Origin: Clostridia bacterium
GTDB lineage: Bacteria > Bacillota > Clostridia > UBA1212
Length of the DNA: 64,000 bases
Reading direction: 5' to 3'
NCBI GenBank assembly: GCA_017848335.1
Contig: JAGDAX010000046.1
Location: 2,752-66,751 of the forward strand
In this document: positions 54,497-64,000 of the stretch, piece by piece
Layout: each line of letters opens with the position of its first letter
How positions within the stretch are numbered: position 1 is the first letter of the stretch
Program-made: the position numbers and the translations under genes
The notes under the pieces: generated by a model
What the model saw: only the letters and a program-made list of their open reading frames with translations
The model's database searches: none
Told to the model about the DNA's origin: nothing

Positions 54497-57373
54497 ATGG
54501 GTCTTTTCGAAAAGATATTCGGAACATACAGTGAAAAATACCTCAAGAGAATCGCGCCTCTGGTGAAGGAGATCAATTCCTACGAGCCGGAGATGCAAAA
54601 GAGAACAGACGAGGAGCTTCGCGCGCTTACCGGCGTGTACAAGGACAGGCTGGCCAAGGGCGAGACGCTTGACGACATATTGCCGGAGGCCTTCGCGACG
54701 GTGAGAGAGGCCGCGGTGCGTGTTCTCGGGCAGAGGCATTACGACGTGCAGCTTATCGGCGGCATTGTTCTTCACAGGCACAACATTGCCGAGATGAAGA
54801 CGGGCGAAGGCAAAACGCTGGTGTCCACGCTGCCGGCGTACCTTAACGCGCTTGAAGGCAAGGGCGTGCACATTGTCACCGTCAACGACTACCTCGCCAA
54901 AAGAGACAGCGAGTGGATGGGCAAGGTCTTCAGGTACCTCGGACTCAGCGTGGGCGTTATTCTGCACGATCTGACGTCGAAGCAGCGCCGCGAGGCTTAC
55001 GGCTGCGATATTACCTATGCCACCAACAACGAGCTGGGCTTCGACTACCTCAGGGACAATATGGTCAATTACAAGGAGCAGATGGTGCAGCGCGACCTGC
55101 ACTACGCGATAATCGACGAGGTGGACAGCATTCTTATCGACGAGGCCAGGACGCCTCTCATTATTTCGGGCGCAGGCGAGAAATCCTCGGAGCTTTACGA
55201 GAAGGCCAACAAGTTCGCGGCGTCGCTGAAGGCTCTGGTCATCAAGGAGACGGACAAAAAGGACCTTTTGGAGAACGTCAAGGAGGACTACGTGGTGGAC
55301 GAGAAGGCCCACAGCGCGTCGCTTACCGAGAACGGTGTCCGCAAGGCCGAGGAATGGTTTAAAATCGAGAATCTGGCGGACGCGCAGCATGCGGAGCTTC
55401 GCCACCATATAAATCAGGCGATCAAGGCCTGGGGCGTGATGAAGCGCGACGTGGACTACGTGGTCAAGGACGGCAGCGTCATTATCGTGGACGAATTCAC
55501 GGGCCGCCTGATGTTCGGAAGGCGTTACAATGAAGGCCTCCACCAGGCCATCGAGGCCAAGGAGGGCGTTAAGGTCGAGCAGGAGTCCATGACGCAGGCC
55601 ACCATTACGTTCCAGAATTTCTTCAGGCTCTACGAGAAGCTGGCGGGTATGACCGGTACGGCGCACACGGAGGCGGCGGAATTCGACGAGATATACAACC
55701 TGGGCGTGGTGGAGATCCCCACCAACAAGCCCGTCATCAGGATCGACTACCCGGACAGCGTTTACAGGACCGTGAAGGGCAAGTACGAGGCGCTGGTGCG
55801 GGACGTGGAGGAGGCGCACGCCAAGGGGCAGCCGATCCTTATCGGTACGGTCTCGATCGAGAAGTCCGAGCACCTCAGCAAGCTCCTGCAGCGCAAGGGC
55901 ATCAAGCACGACGTGCTGAACGCCAAGAATCACGAGCGGGAGGCGCAGATCATCGCGCAGGCCGGTAAATTCGGGGCCGTGACCATCGCCACCAACATGG
56001 CGGGCCGCGGTACGGACATCATGCCCGGCGGAAACGCGGAATTTATGGCCAAGCAGAAGCTGCGGCAGAACGGTGTGCCGGAGGACCTTATCGCGCTTGC
56101 GGACAGCTTTTTCGACACGGAGGACGAGTCGATACTGATCGTGAGAAGCCAGTTCAAGGACTTCGTGAAGGATATTACCGCGGAGATCAAGGAGGAAAAG
56201 GAGAAGGTGCTGGCGGCGGGAGGCCTGTTTATAATGGGCACCGAGCGCCACGAATCAAGGCGTATCGACAATCAGCTGCGGGGACGCTCCGGGCGTCAGG
56301 GCGACCCGGGTATGTCGCGCTTCTACCTCTCGCTGGAGGACGACCTGATGAGGCTTTTCGGGTCGGAGCGCGTGGAAAGCATTATGGGTATGCTGAACCT
56401 TCCCGAGGACCAGCCCATCGAGCACAAGATGCTCACCAACGTCATCGAGGGCGCCCAGAAGAAGGTCGAGGCTCGCAACTACGAGATCCGCAAGAACGTT
56501 CTCCGCTACGACGACGTGATGAACCAGCAGAGGGAGATCATCTACAGCCAGCGCAGGAAGGTGCTTGACGGCGAGAATCTCAGCGATTTCTATCTTGACC
56601 TTATCGACGGGCGCTGCAGGGAGATCGCGGACGAGCTGTTCCCCCGCGACCGCAAGCATCAGGAGCCCGGCAATATCGACGCCGAGAATGACACGCTCTC
56701 CGTCCTCATGAACCAGCAGGATTACGAGACGGTGCGCCGCGAATTCCCGAGCATGTCGTCCGCAGATGAATTCTGCAAGGCCGTATATCAGAAGACTCTG
56801 GACAATTATCGCGCCAGGGAGAAGCTGTTCGGAGACTCCGCGAGAGAGGCGGAGAGGATCGCGCTGCTTTACGCGGTGGACAAAAACTGGATGGAGCACA
56901 TTGACACGCTGGACCAGCTGAGGACCAGCATAGGCCTGCGCGCCATCGCCCAGCACGACCCGGTCATCGAGTACCAGAACGAGGCCTTCGAGCTGTTCGA
57001 CATCATGAACGATACCATCAGGCGCGAGGCGCTCAGGTTCCTGTTCAGCTTCCACATTGTGTCCAGCGAGAAGATCGAGCGCCGCAAGGTCGCTTCCGAG
57101 AGCCACGAGGGCGGTGTGCGCAGAAGACCCATATCAGGCGGAATTGCCGGGCCTGTGAATGCGGCCGCCCGGGGTGCTTCCTCCGGGAAGGGCGGCCCGA
57201 CAGGCGGACAGGCAGGCGGTTCAAGGGGCTCAGGCGCGGAGAATGCGAAAAACGGCGACAGCGGTCCGGCGACATTCGTGCGCGAGAAGGCAAAGGTCGG
57301 CAGAAACGATCCCTGCACCTGCGGCAGCGGCAAAAAGTACAAGAACTGCTGCGGCAAAAACGCGGAGGACTGA
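54497..57373 (+). CDS. secA: Preprotein translocase ATPase SecA
   Basis: Motifs [28 protein letters not shown], and [10 protein letters not shown], plus the C-terminal zinc finger [14 protein letters not shown]. Confidence 0.98.
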   Translation: MGLFEKIFGTYSEKYLKRIAPLVKEINSYEPEMQKRTDEELRALTGVYKDRLAKGETLDDILPEAFATVREAAVRVLGQRHYDVQLIGGIVLHRHNIAEMKTGEGKTLVSTLPAYLNALEGKGVHIVTVNDYLAKRDSEWMGKVFRYLGLSVGVILHDLTSKQRREAYGCDITYATNNELGFDYLRDNMVNYKEQMVQRDLHYAIIDEVDSILIDEARTPLIISGAGEKSSELYEKANKFAASLKALVIKETDKKDLLENVKEDYVVDEKAHSASLTENGVRKAEEWFKIENLADAQHAELRHHINQAIKAWGVMKRDVDYVVKDGSVIIVDEFTGRLMFGRRYNEGLHQAIEAKEGVKVEQESMTQATITFQNFFRLYEKLAGMTGTAHTEAAEFDEIYNLGVVEIPTNKPVIRIDYPDSVYRTVKGKYEALVRDVEEAHAKGQPILIGTVSIEKSEHLSKLLQRKGIKHDVLNAKNHEREAQIIAQAGKFGAVTIATNMAGRGTDIMPGGNAEFMAKQKLRQNGVPEDLIALADSFFDTEDESILIVRSQFKDFVKDITAEIKEEKEKVLAAGGLFIMGTERHESRRIDNQLRGRSGRQGDPGMSRFYLSLEDDLMRLFGSERVESIMGMLNLPEDQPIEHKMLTNVIEGAQKKVEARNYEIRKNVLRYDDVMNQQREIIYSQRRKVLDGENLSDFYLDLIDGRCREIADELFPRDRKHQEPGNIDAENDTLSVLMNQQDYETVRREFPSMSSADEFCKAVYQKTLDNYRAREKLFGDSAREAERIALLYAVDKNWMEHIDTLDQLRTSIGLRAIAQHDPVIEYQNEAFELFDIMNDTIRREALRFLFSFHIVSSEKIERRKVASESHEGGVRRRPISGGIAGPVNAAARGASSGKGGPTGGQAGGSRGSGAENAKNGDSGPATFVREKAKVGRNDPCTCGSGKKYKNCCGKNAED

Positions 57374-57384
57374 TTTTTTCCGTG

Positions 57385-57600
57385 CGGGAAATTCCGGGGA
57401 AATGCCCGGGAAATGTCCGGGGAATACCGGGGAAACGCCCGGGAAATACCGGGGAAATACCCGGGAAATACTGGGGAAATGCCCGGGAAACGCCCGGGAA
57501 ATACCCGGGGAAATGTCCGGAAAACGCCCGGGAAATACTCAGGAAATGCCCGGGAAATGCTCGGGAAACGCCCGGGAAATACCGGACGGCAGGGAAACGC
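57385..57600. repeat. 11-12-nt tandem repeat CCCGGGAAATRY, about 18 degenerate units
   Basis: Read directly, immediately after the secA stop codon. Confidence 0.9.
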
Positions 57601-57681
57601 CTTAACGGGCTTTGAAACGTTAACGGACTTTAGCGCCTTAACAGGCTTTAATGCAGATTGATTGAAGGGAGGCGATACGTT

Positions 57682-59604
57682 ATGACACTGAAGGAACTGG
57701 CGAGAAATTTTAAAAAGATATCAGGCTACGGCGACGGCCAGGGCGCGGGTGCGGCGTACCGCCTCTACAACGAAGCGCTTGATCTGATTGCGGAGCAGAA
57801 TTACAAGGAGGCGCGGCAGCTGCTCAAGACCGCGATCCGGTACTACCCGGCCTTTGACGACGGTTATATGCTGCTGGGCCTTACGCAATTTGCCTGCGGC
57901 AACAGAATTGAGGCGCTGAAGACCATCAACCAGATATCGCACCCCGGAAAGCACAACACCGCCATGAAGTACTACGACGCGATCTCAGGCGGCAGCGCGA
58001 CGCCGGATATTTACGCGAGCCGCGGCAATACAGGCAGAAGGCAGCCCTCGGACGTGCCGGGCCAGTCCGGAGAAGGTGTGTTCGCGGTCTCCGACATGGA
58101 AACCAAAGCCTCGCCCGACAATGCATTCCGCGGCGGCGAAAACAGGTATACCGGAGACGGAGGCTCTTATAACGGCGGCCCGAAAAGAGGCGGCGCTTCA
58201 GCGGATTTTTCCGATTCGGGCGTGGCAGACGAAAACTATTCGCCGCCAAAGGACGCTCCTTTTGAAAAGGATGCGCCGTCCGAAGGCTCCGGCGGCAGGC
58301 TTGACGGAAGCTCCGACGGCAGATACAACGGGAAAAACGAGACGGATCCTGAGGAGGAATTGATAGTATTCAGCGAAGCGCCGGCCCACAGGGACGCACC
58401 GCGGATGACCGACTTTGAGAGGCGTTTCAAAAAGGCGCGCGAATCCGCCGAGGAGGCCCTCGGATATGAGAGGCGCGGCTTGTCGGGCAACACCGGGGCG
58501 GCCGAAAGGGAGCCCGCAAACGACCTGGTGCTCAGCAATCCGGATGATTTCGCGGAGCATATTTACTATGGTGGCGAAGAACCGTACCGCGGCCGCGAAG
58601 AGACTTACCGCGGCGGCGAAGAAATCTACCGCGGCCGCGAATCGGGCGCGGAGGGCGGCCGCGGGTATTCAGCCGTCGGCGCGGACTCAGGCGCCGGGGA
58701 AGCTTCCCCCGACGGTGTGAAGACTGCCGGCACTGACAAAGAAACCGCCGGGGGCGCAGCTAAGGCCATGGACGGGGACCGGACAAACGGCCGGGAGGGG
58801 CAGAACGGTCAAAGAAGTCCAAAAGCCCCGAAGGATCAAAGCGGCCAAGGCGGCCAAAGCCTTCGGAAGGGCGGCTCCAAAAAGGTCGTCATGGCGCTGG
58901 TGGTGGCGGCTTGTATTCTCGTGCTTGCGGGGCTGGGGGCGCTTGCCGCGTCAAAGCACCTTGCGCACATAGACCGGACCGCCGGGACTTCCACGGCATC
59001 GCCTTCTCCGAACAGCTCTGCTGCACCTGAGGACACGGCATCGCATTCTCCGAACAGCTCTGCTGCACCTGAGGACACGGCAGAGCCTTCCGAAACGCCT
59101 GAAGCGACGGATGACCCGACTGAAACGGCCACGGGGCAGGAAACCCCGGAGCCTACCGCTGAGGCGACTCCGGAGCCCTCCGATTCGGCGGCGGATGCGC
59201 TTGCTGCGGCCAAAGCTTATTTTAATGATAAAAATTATTACGATTGCTACGTGGCGCTCTACGGCAGGGACCTTGGCGGGCTTTCTCCGCAGGAAGCGTC
59301 GGAGGCTGCGAAGCTCAGCAAGGACTCCCTCGGGCTGTTCTCAAGGGATTACTACAATCTGATGTACAGCAGCGTCGGCTCCGAGGAGTGGGAAAAGGTG
59401 CTGAAATACGCTCTCCCGATAATAAAATACAATCCGGATTACGAGCAGGGCGGCGCGGTTTATTTCCATGCCGGCAAGGCCTGCGAGCTTCTGGGGGACG
59501 CCGAAAATGCGCGCAAATACTATCAGGAGACGATGACGAGGTTCGCCGGTACGGCCTACGAGGAATATGCGCGATACCGCCTGTCGACAATGCCGTCTGG
59601 ATGA
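57682..59604 (+). CDS. TPR-like protein with a long disordered region, one TM helix and internal repeats
   Basis: The ATG lies after a GGGAGG RBS. TPR-like helices occur at both ends, with a TM helix VVMALVVAACILVLAGLGALAA. Internal DNA repeats lie at about 58570-58640 (24-nt units) and 59003-59085 (about 39-nt units). Confidence 0.55.
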   Translation: MTLKELARNFKKISGYGDGQGAGAAYRLYNEALDLIAEQNYKEARQLLKTAIRYYPAFDDGYMLLGLTQFACGNRIEALKTINQISHPGKHNTAMKYYDAISGGSATPDIYASRGNTGRRQPSDVPGQSGEGVFAVSDMETKASPDNAFRGGENRYTGDGGSYNGGPKRGGASADFSDSGVADENYSPPKDAPFEKDAPSEGSGGRLDGSSDGRYNGKNETDPEEELIVFSEAPAHRDAPRMTDFERRFKKARESAEEALGYERRGLSGNTGAAEREPANDLVLSNPDDFAEHIYYGGEEPYRGREETYRGGEEIYRGRESGAEGGRGYSAVGADSGAGEASPDGVKTAGTDKETAGGAAKAMDGDRTNGREGQNGQRSPKAPKDQSGQGGQSLRKGGSKKVVMALVVAACILVLAGLGALAASKHLAHIDRTAGTSTASPSPNSSAAPEDTASHSPNSSAAPEDTAEPSETPEATDDPTETATGQETPEPTAEATPEPSDSAADALAAAKAYFNDKNYYDCYVALYGRDLGGLSPQEASEAAKLSKDSLGLFSRDYYNLMYSSVGSEEWEKVLKYALPIIKYNPDYEQGGAVYFHAGKACELLGDAENARKYYQETMTRFAGTAYEEYARYRLSTMPSG

Positions 59605-59768
59605 TATTGACTTGCCGGGAAGGATTCCCGGGCTCACACAGAGCTTACGGCTGCGACAGCTTTCCGGGCGGAACGGTGTTTATGGGGCGGAACGGTGCTT
59701 CTCGCGGAGGATAAATCCGCGCAGGGCAAAAATAATTGAAAAAATATGCAAAATGTTAAAGAAAACGG

Positions 59769-59798
59769 TTGACACGTCTTTGTACAAAGTGTTAAAAT
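59769..59798 (+). promoter_or_regulatory. Promoter of rpmG-secE-nusG
   Basis: TTGACA (59769-59774), an 18-nt spacer, then TGTTAAAAT (extended -10, 59790-59798). Confidence 0.6.
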
Positions 59799-59830
59799 AG
59801 CCGTTGCCCAAATTTTTGGAGGTGTAAAAA

Positions 59831-59980
59831 ATGCGTGTAAAAGTGATTATGGCATGCACAGAGTGCAAGCGCCGCAACTACATAACGATGAAAAACAAGA
59901 AAAATACTACAGACAGACTTGAGATGAACAAGTATTGCAAATTCTGCGACAAGCATACTGTTCACAAAGAGACGAAGTAA
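59831..59980 (+). CDS. rpmG: 50S ribosomal protein L33
   Basis: Not in the ORF track because it is only 49 aa. Reads [49 protein letters not shown] with stop TAA at 59978-59980. Confidence 0.95.
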   Translation: MRVKVIMACTECKRRNYITMKNKKNTTDRLEMNKYCKFCDKHTVHKETK

Positions 59981-60007
59981 TTTCTGTCACACTAACGGAG
60001 GATTATT

Positions 60008-60265
60008 ATGGCATCCGCAAAAGCTAATGCTAAGAAAAAATCCGGCGGCAAGGTGGGCGCTTTCTTCAAGAAGGTCGGAAGCGCTATCTCCGGTTTCTTT
60101 AAGGGTATTTTTTCTGAGCTCAAAAAGGTCACCTGGCCTACGAAAAAAGAGCTTTTCAAAAGCACTGTTTCAGTCCTGGCAGTATGTCTTGTTATAGGCG
60201 CGATTATTTTCGGTATCGATTCGCTTCTTAAGGTTTTACTTGATCTTATTCGCCCGGGCATCTGA
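60008..60265 (+). CDS. secE: Preprotein translocase subunit SecE
   Basis: ELKKVTWPTKKEL motif followed by a single TM helix. Confidence 0.9.
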   Translation: MASAKANAKKKSGGKVGAFFKKVGSAISGFFKGIFSELKKVTWPTKKELFKSTVSVLAVCLVIGAIIFGIDSLLKVLLDLIRPGI

Positions 60266-60293
60266 CTCACTGTGATGAGGAGGGTTATTTACC

Positions 60294-60893
60294 ATGAGCC
60301 CAATAGAGTTTAATGGCTTATTCAGCGATGACGAGCAGGAGAAGAAAGCCCCTGAGTCGGACATGAGATGGTACGTTATCCATACCTATTCGACTTACGA
60401 AAACAAGGTCAAGCAGTATCTTGAGTCAAAGATGGAAAATTCCGACCTCGGCAGGATGGTTTCCAAAATCGTTATTCCGATGGTCGAGGAGACGGTCTAT
60501 AAGGACGGCAAGGAGAAGACTGAGCTCAAGAAGGCGTTCCCCGGCTACGTTCTTATCAAGATGTGCTATACCAAGGAATCCTGGTATACAGTCAGAAATA
60601 CACCCGGCGTTACGGGATTTGTGGGCCCCGATCCCATGAATCCTACTCCTCTTACGCCTGAGGAGGTCCGGGCACTCAACGTGGATATCGACGATATCTC
60701 CGATGAGATCTACGTCGACGCATTCAATCCCGGCGACCGCATCAGTATCATTTCCGGACCTCTGGCCGGCAACGAAGGTACTGTGGAAGCGGTGCTGGCA
60801 GAGAAGAAGTGCGTCAAGGCAAACGTTTCTATGTTCGGCCGTAAGATCAGCGCCGAACTGGAATATACACAGATCGAGCTTGCCGACGATTGA
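60294..60893 (+). CDS. nusG: Transcription termination/antitermination factor NusG
   Basis: NGN domain (RWYVIHTYSTYENKV) and KOW domain (GDRISIISGPLAGNEGTV). Confidence 0.95.
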   Translation: MSPIEFNGLFSDDEQEKKAPESDMRWYVIHTYSTYENKVKQYLESKMENSDLGRMVSKIVIPMVEETVYKDGKEKTELKKAFPGYVLIKMCYTKESWYTVRNTPGVTGFVGPDPMNPTPLTPEEVRALNVDIDDISDEIYVDAFNPGDRISIISGPLAGNEGTVEAVLAEKKCVKANVSMFGRKISAELEYTQIELADD

Positions 60894-60975
60894 TCACGGC
60901 AGGCAGGGCGGCCGCATCAGCCATTAGCGCGGCTTTGCCTCAGGACGGTCTGAATTTTTTGGGAGGTGGATAGAG

Positions 60976-61401
60976 ATGGCAAAGAAAATAACGGCATTTG
61001 TAAAATTACAAATACCCGCAGGTAAAGCAACCCCGACTCCACCGGTTGGACCAGCTTTGGGTCAGCATGGCCTTAATATCATGGGATTCTGCAAAGAATT
61101 CAATGAGAAAACCAAGAATGACGCAGGTCTTATTATTCCTGTTGTCATTACAGTTTATGCTGATAAGACGTTTACTTTCGTTACAAAGACTCCGCCGGCA
61201 GCGGTTTTGCTTAAGAAAGCCTGCAAGATCGAGAGCGGTTCGGGCAAGCCCAATCGCGACAAGGTGGCAACCATAACAAAAGCGGAAGTGCTTAAGATCG
61301 CTGAGCAGAAGATGCCCGACCTTAACGCGGCTGATGTTGAAGCGGCAGCGAGCATGATCGCCGGCACCGCACGCAGCATGGGCATTGTTGTGGTAGATTG
61401 A
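60976..61401 (+). CDS. rplK: 50S ribosomal protein L11
   Basis: Begins [32 protein letters not shown]. Confidence 0.98.
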   Translation: MAKKITAFVKLQIPAGKATPTPPVGPALGQHGLNIMGFCKEFNEKTKNDAGLIIPVVITVYADKTFTFVTKTPPAAVLLKKACKIESGSGKPNRDKVATITKAEVLKIAEQKMPDLNAADVEAAASMIAGTARSMGIVVVD

Positions 61402-61422
61402 GCTGTAAGGAGAGTGAATTAA

Positions 61423-62112
61423 ATGTTTAGAGGAAAGAAATATCGTGAGAGCGTCAAGGCTTATGACGCCGCTAAGCTTTATGATCCTTCTGAGGCTATC
61501 AAGACGGTTATATCCTGCTCAAAGGCCAAATTCGACGAGACTGTCGAGCTTCACATGAGACTCGGCGTTGACTCAAGGCAGGCGGACCAGCAGGTCAGAG
61601 GCAGCGTCGTGCTGCCCAACGGAACCGGTAAGACCAAGAGAGTTCTCGTATTCGCAAAGGGCGACAAGGCCACCGAGGCCGAGGAAGCCGGAGCCGATTA
61701 CGTAGGCGCTGAGGAGCTTGTTCACAAGATCCAGGCCGAGAACTGGTTCGCGTTCGATATCGTGGTCGCGACCCCCGACATGATGGGCGTGGTTGGCCGC
61801 ATCGGTAAGATCCTCGGTCCCAAAGGCCTTATGCCTAACCCCAAGTCCGGTACGGTCTCCATGGACGTCAAGAAGGTCATTGCCGAGATCAAAGCCGGTA
61901 AGGTCGAGTACAGACTTGACAAGACCAATATCATCCACTGCCCCATCGGCAAGGTCTCCTTCGGCGAGGAGAAGCTGCTTGAGAACTTCAACGCTCTCTA
62001 CGACGCGGTCATCAAGGCAAAGCCTGCAGCCGCCAAGGGTCAGTACGTTAAGAGCGCCGTGGTTACGTCCACAATGGGCCCCGGCGTCAAGATCAACCCC
62101 GTAAAGGTCTGA
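61423..62112 (+). CDS. rplA: 50S ribosomal protein L1
   Basis: 229 aa with the typical L1 sequence ([13 protein letters not shown]...QVRG). Confidence 0.98.
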   Translation: MFRGKKYRESVKAYDAAKLYDPSEAIKTVISCSKAKFDETVELHMRLGVDSRQADQQVRGSVVLPNGTGKTKRVLVFAKGDKATEAEEAGADYVGAEELVHKIQAENWFAFDIVVATPDMMGVVGRIGKILGPKGLMPNPKSGTVSMDVKKVIAEIKAGKVEYRLDKTNIIHCPIGKVSFGEEKLLENFNALYDAVIKAKPAAAKGQYVKSAVVTSTMGPGVKINPVKV

Positions 62113-62224
62113 TAGCTTAGAAAGCGCGGCCGCCTTAGAAGCAAAAGCGTGCTCTGACGCAAATGCACACGCAGACGCAAGAGCGCACGCAGCTGCAGAA
62201 GCGGTTCGCCGCATAATCACATAA

Positions 62225-62389
62225 CATATATGCCAAAGACGCCGGCAGGTGTTTCGCTAAGGGACACCGGTAAGTCCTGCCGAGGTGTAGCTTGACAGAC
62301 GCGTGGGCTTTGCCTTCGCGCGGTTCAGAAACCTTCGGCACGTCTTTGGGATGCTCCGAAGGTTTTTGGTTTGGAAGGAGGTGCAAATA
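62225..62389 (+). promoter_or_regulatory. Structured leader upstream of rplJ (possible L10 autoregulatory leader)
   Basis: Long-range complementarity: GCCAAAGACGCCGG pairs with CGGCACGTCTTTGGG, and CCTTCGG with CCGAAGG. The position is as expected for the L10(L12)4 binding site. Not verified against a covariance model. Confidence 0.35.
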
Positions 62390-62890
62390 ATGCCAAGTCA
62401 AAAAATTTTAGAGGAAAAGAAGGGTATAGTCGCCGGTATTAAGGACGATCTTACGAATTCCAAGGCTACGGTCATCGTTGACGGAATCGGTCTCACCGTA
62501 GAGGAGGACACTGCGCTTCGTGTAGCTCTGAGACAGGCAGGCGTGAAATATGCTGTTCACAAGAACACGCTTATCACGAAGGCCGTCGAGGGTACCGAGC
62601 TGGAAGGTCTTAAGGATTACCTGAAGGGGCCCTCCGCTATCGCTACCGCATCGGATTACACCGCTGCAGCGAAGGTTCTTACCGAGTATGCCAAGAAGTA
62701 CAAGAATCTCACCGTCAAGTGCGGCTTCTGCGAGGGCCAGGTTCTGGATCCCGCCGGAGTTGAGAGACTGTCGAACATTCCTTCGAGAGAGGGTCTGCTT
62801 TCAATGCTTCTCAGCGCGCTCACCGGAAATCTCAGAGGCTTTGCGGTCGCTGTCAAGGCAGTTGCCGAAAAGAAGGAGCAGGGAGCATAA
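62390..62890 (+). CDS. rplJ: 50S ribosomal protein L10
   Basis: The start is the ATG at 62390 after GGAAGGAGG. Begins MPSQKILEEKKGIVAGIKDDL. Confidence 0.96.
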   Translation: MPSQKILEEKKGIVAGIKDDLTNSKATVIVDGIGLTVEEDTALRVALRQAGVKYAVHKNTLITKAVEGTELEGLKDYLKGPSAIATASDYTAAAKVLTEYAKKYKNLTVKCGFCEGQVLDPAGVERLSNIPSREGLLSMLLSALTGNLRGFAVAVKAVAEKKEQGA

Positions 62891-62987
62891 TCTTTGCTTT
62901 TGGTTTGAAAAGATCCGGCGTATGCCGGGAAGGGCAACGCCTCACAGGGCGGCCTTGTGAAAGCCGACGCGCGTTCGGAATGACCTT

Positions 62988-63105
62988 TAAGGAGCTCCGG
63001 TGACCGATAAGGATATCCGGTGACCGGGAAGGAACCTCGGCGACTGCAGGAGCTTCGGAGGATTGCAGGAACTTCGGTGGCCTGCAGGAGCTTCGGAGGA
63101 CTTCA
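62988..63105. repeat. 19-20-nt degenerate tandem repeat (AGGAGCTTCGGAGGAYTKC-like), about 6 units
   Basis: Read directly in the rplJ-rplL spacer. Confidence 0.75.
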
Positions 63106-63211
63106 GCGCACTGAGGTCAGGAATGCGATTCGGCGAAGCGTCCGGGATCCCCGGGCGAATCAAAGGGGATAACCCCTGCATTTGTAAAATATTTATTTGG
63201 AGGAAAATAAA

Positions 63212-63589
63212 ATGTCTGAAAAGATCCAACAGATTATCGATACTATCGATACTATGACAGTTCTCGAGCTCTATGATCTCGTTAAAGCAATTGAAGAGAA
63301 GTACGGCGTAACCGCTGCTGCAGCAGTAGCATTTGCTCCCGCTGCCGGCGGCGACGCTGCCCCCGCAGCTGCTGAGCAGACCGAATTCACCGTTGTGCTG
63401 ACCAACGCAGGCGGCAACAAGATGAACGTTATCAAGGTCGTTAAGGACGCTTGCGGCGTTGCTCTTATGGACGCCAAGAAGCTTGTTGACGGCGCCCCCG
63501 CCACCCTCAAGGAGAACATCTCCAAAGAGGATGCTGACGCTCTGGCTGCCAAGCTCAAAGAGGCCGGCGCTGAGGTCGAGATCAAGTAA
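63212..63589 (+). CDS. rplL: 50S ribosomal protein L7/L12
   Basis: Begins [33 protein letters not shown] and ends ...[13 protein letters not shown]. Confidence 0.97.
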   Translation: MSEKIQQIIDTIDTMTVLELYDLVKAIEEKYGVTAAAAVAFAPAAGGDAAPAAAEQTEFTVVLTNAGGNKMNVIKVVKDACGVALMDAKKLVDGAPATLKENISKEDADALAAKLKEAGAEVEIK

Positions 63590-63613
63590 TTATTTGGCTT
63601 TCGGAAGTCCTTG

Positions 63614-63654
63614 TTTGTGAGCCGGTCTTTGTGAGCCGGTGTTTGTGAGCCGGT
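63614..63654. repeat. 14-nt tandem repeat TTTGTGAGCCGGTN, 3 units
   Basis: Read directly after the rplL stop codon. Confidence 0.8.
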
Positions 63655-63720
63655 CTCAGAAAACAGGGCTCGTAAGGCAGCCTTAAATACAGGCTGCCCG
63701 ACAAGGACAATACAGAGGTT

Positions 63721-63750
63721 AAGGCGTCTTCGGGCGCCTTTTCTGCGTTT
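63721..63750 (+). terminator. Rho-independent terminator after rplL (UUCG tetraloop)
   Basis: AAGGCGTC, loop ttcg, GGCGCCTT, followed by TTCTGCGTTTT. Confidence 0.7.
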
Positions 63751-64000
63751 TGAGGGGGTCGGCGCGGCAGCTCCTTCGCAGGCCGCGCCGACTGGGTTCG
63801 CATCGCAGGGGCCGCGTCGCAGGATAAGACGGCCGCGTCTTCATTCAGCCGCTGTTGAAGTCTCCGGCCTCTGGCCTTACAGCCGCCTTCAAACTCATTA
63901 ACGCACTTTTTGACTTATGGGCAGCTTTTTTATAAAATGTATGGGAAATCCGCAGAGGGAATGCTTTTGCGGAAAAACGTATTTATGCGGACCTTTGAGG

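Noticed and set aside
57159-57661. ORFs composed of repeat units (57159, 57382, 57413; also 11523-11957, 11743-12012, 21409-21812 and 13617-13958)
   Set aside because: Their sequences are simply periodic translations of the tandem DNA repeats in several frames. They lack a RBS and any non-repetitive domain.

Overview
The window looks like a chromosomal segment from a high-GC Firmicute, probably Clostridia of the Oscillospiraceae/Ruminococcaceae type. That assignment is an inference from several signals: GGAGG ribosome-binding sites, a T-box leader, ComEA, and the rpmG-secE-nusG-rplKAJL gene order. Backbone G+C is roughly 60% by eye and was not computed. Most of the window is housekeeping. It holds recA-recX-rimO, the lipid cluster pgsA-plsX-acpP-rnc, uvrC, tldD/pmbA, rplM-rpsI and ileS behind an Ile T-box. 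It also holds plsC, secG, prfB with its +1 frameshift, secA, and the rpmG-secE-nusG-rplK-rplA-rplJ-rplL block. I saw no rRNA, tRNA, CRISPR array, integrase or transposase. Four things stand out. (1) An abruptly AT-rich insertion of about 4.4 kb (about 24.7-29.1 kb) lies between tldD and rpsI. It encodes one 1194-aa RecQ-family SF2 helicase with large unassigned N- and C-terminal regions, and a possible small ORF coupled to it by a TAATG overlap. A cluster of CAACGC words borders it on one side and a decayed DUF2075-type helicase remnant on the other. This is my best candidate for an undescribed single-gene defence or anti-MGE system. (2) Almost every intergenic region carries its own private, slightly degenerate tandem repeat, and the same kind of repeat also sits in frame inside several genes. 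(3) A 43-codon Trp-rich peptide gene with its own promoter and terminator lies upstream of two tandem paralogous giant secreted SASA-type esterases. (4) There are smaller oddities: pgsA has no canonical start codon in front of its conserved N-terminus (probably ATT), and the ileS T-box lies about 450 nt from the start codon with a repeat array in between. There is also a membrane-anchored sigma-like protein. All product names come from motif recognition by eye, not from database searches.
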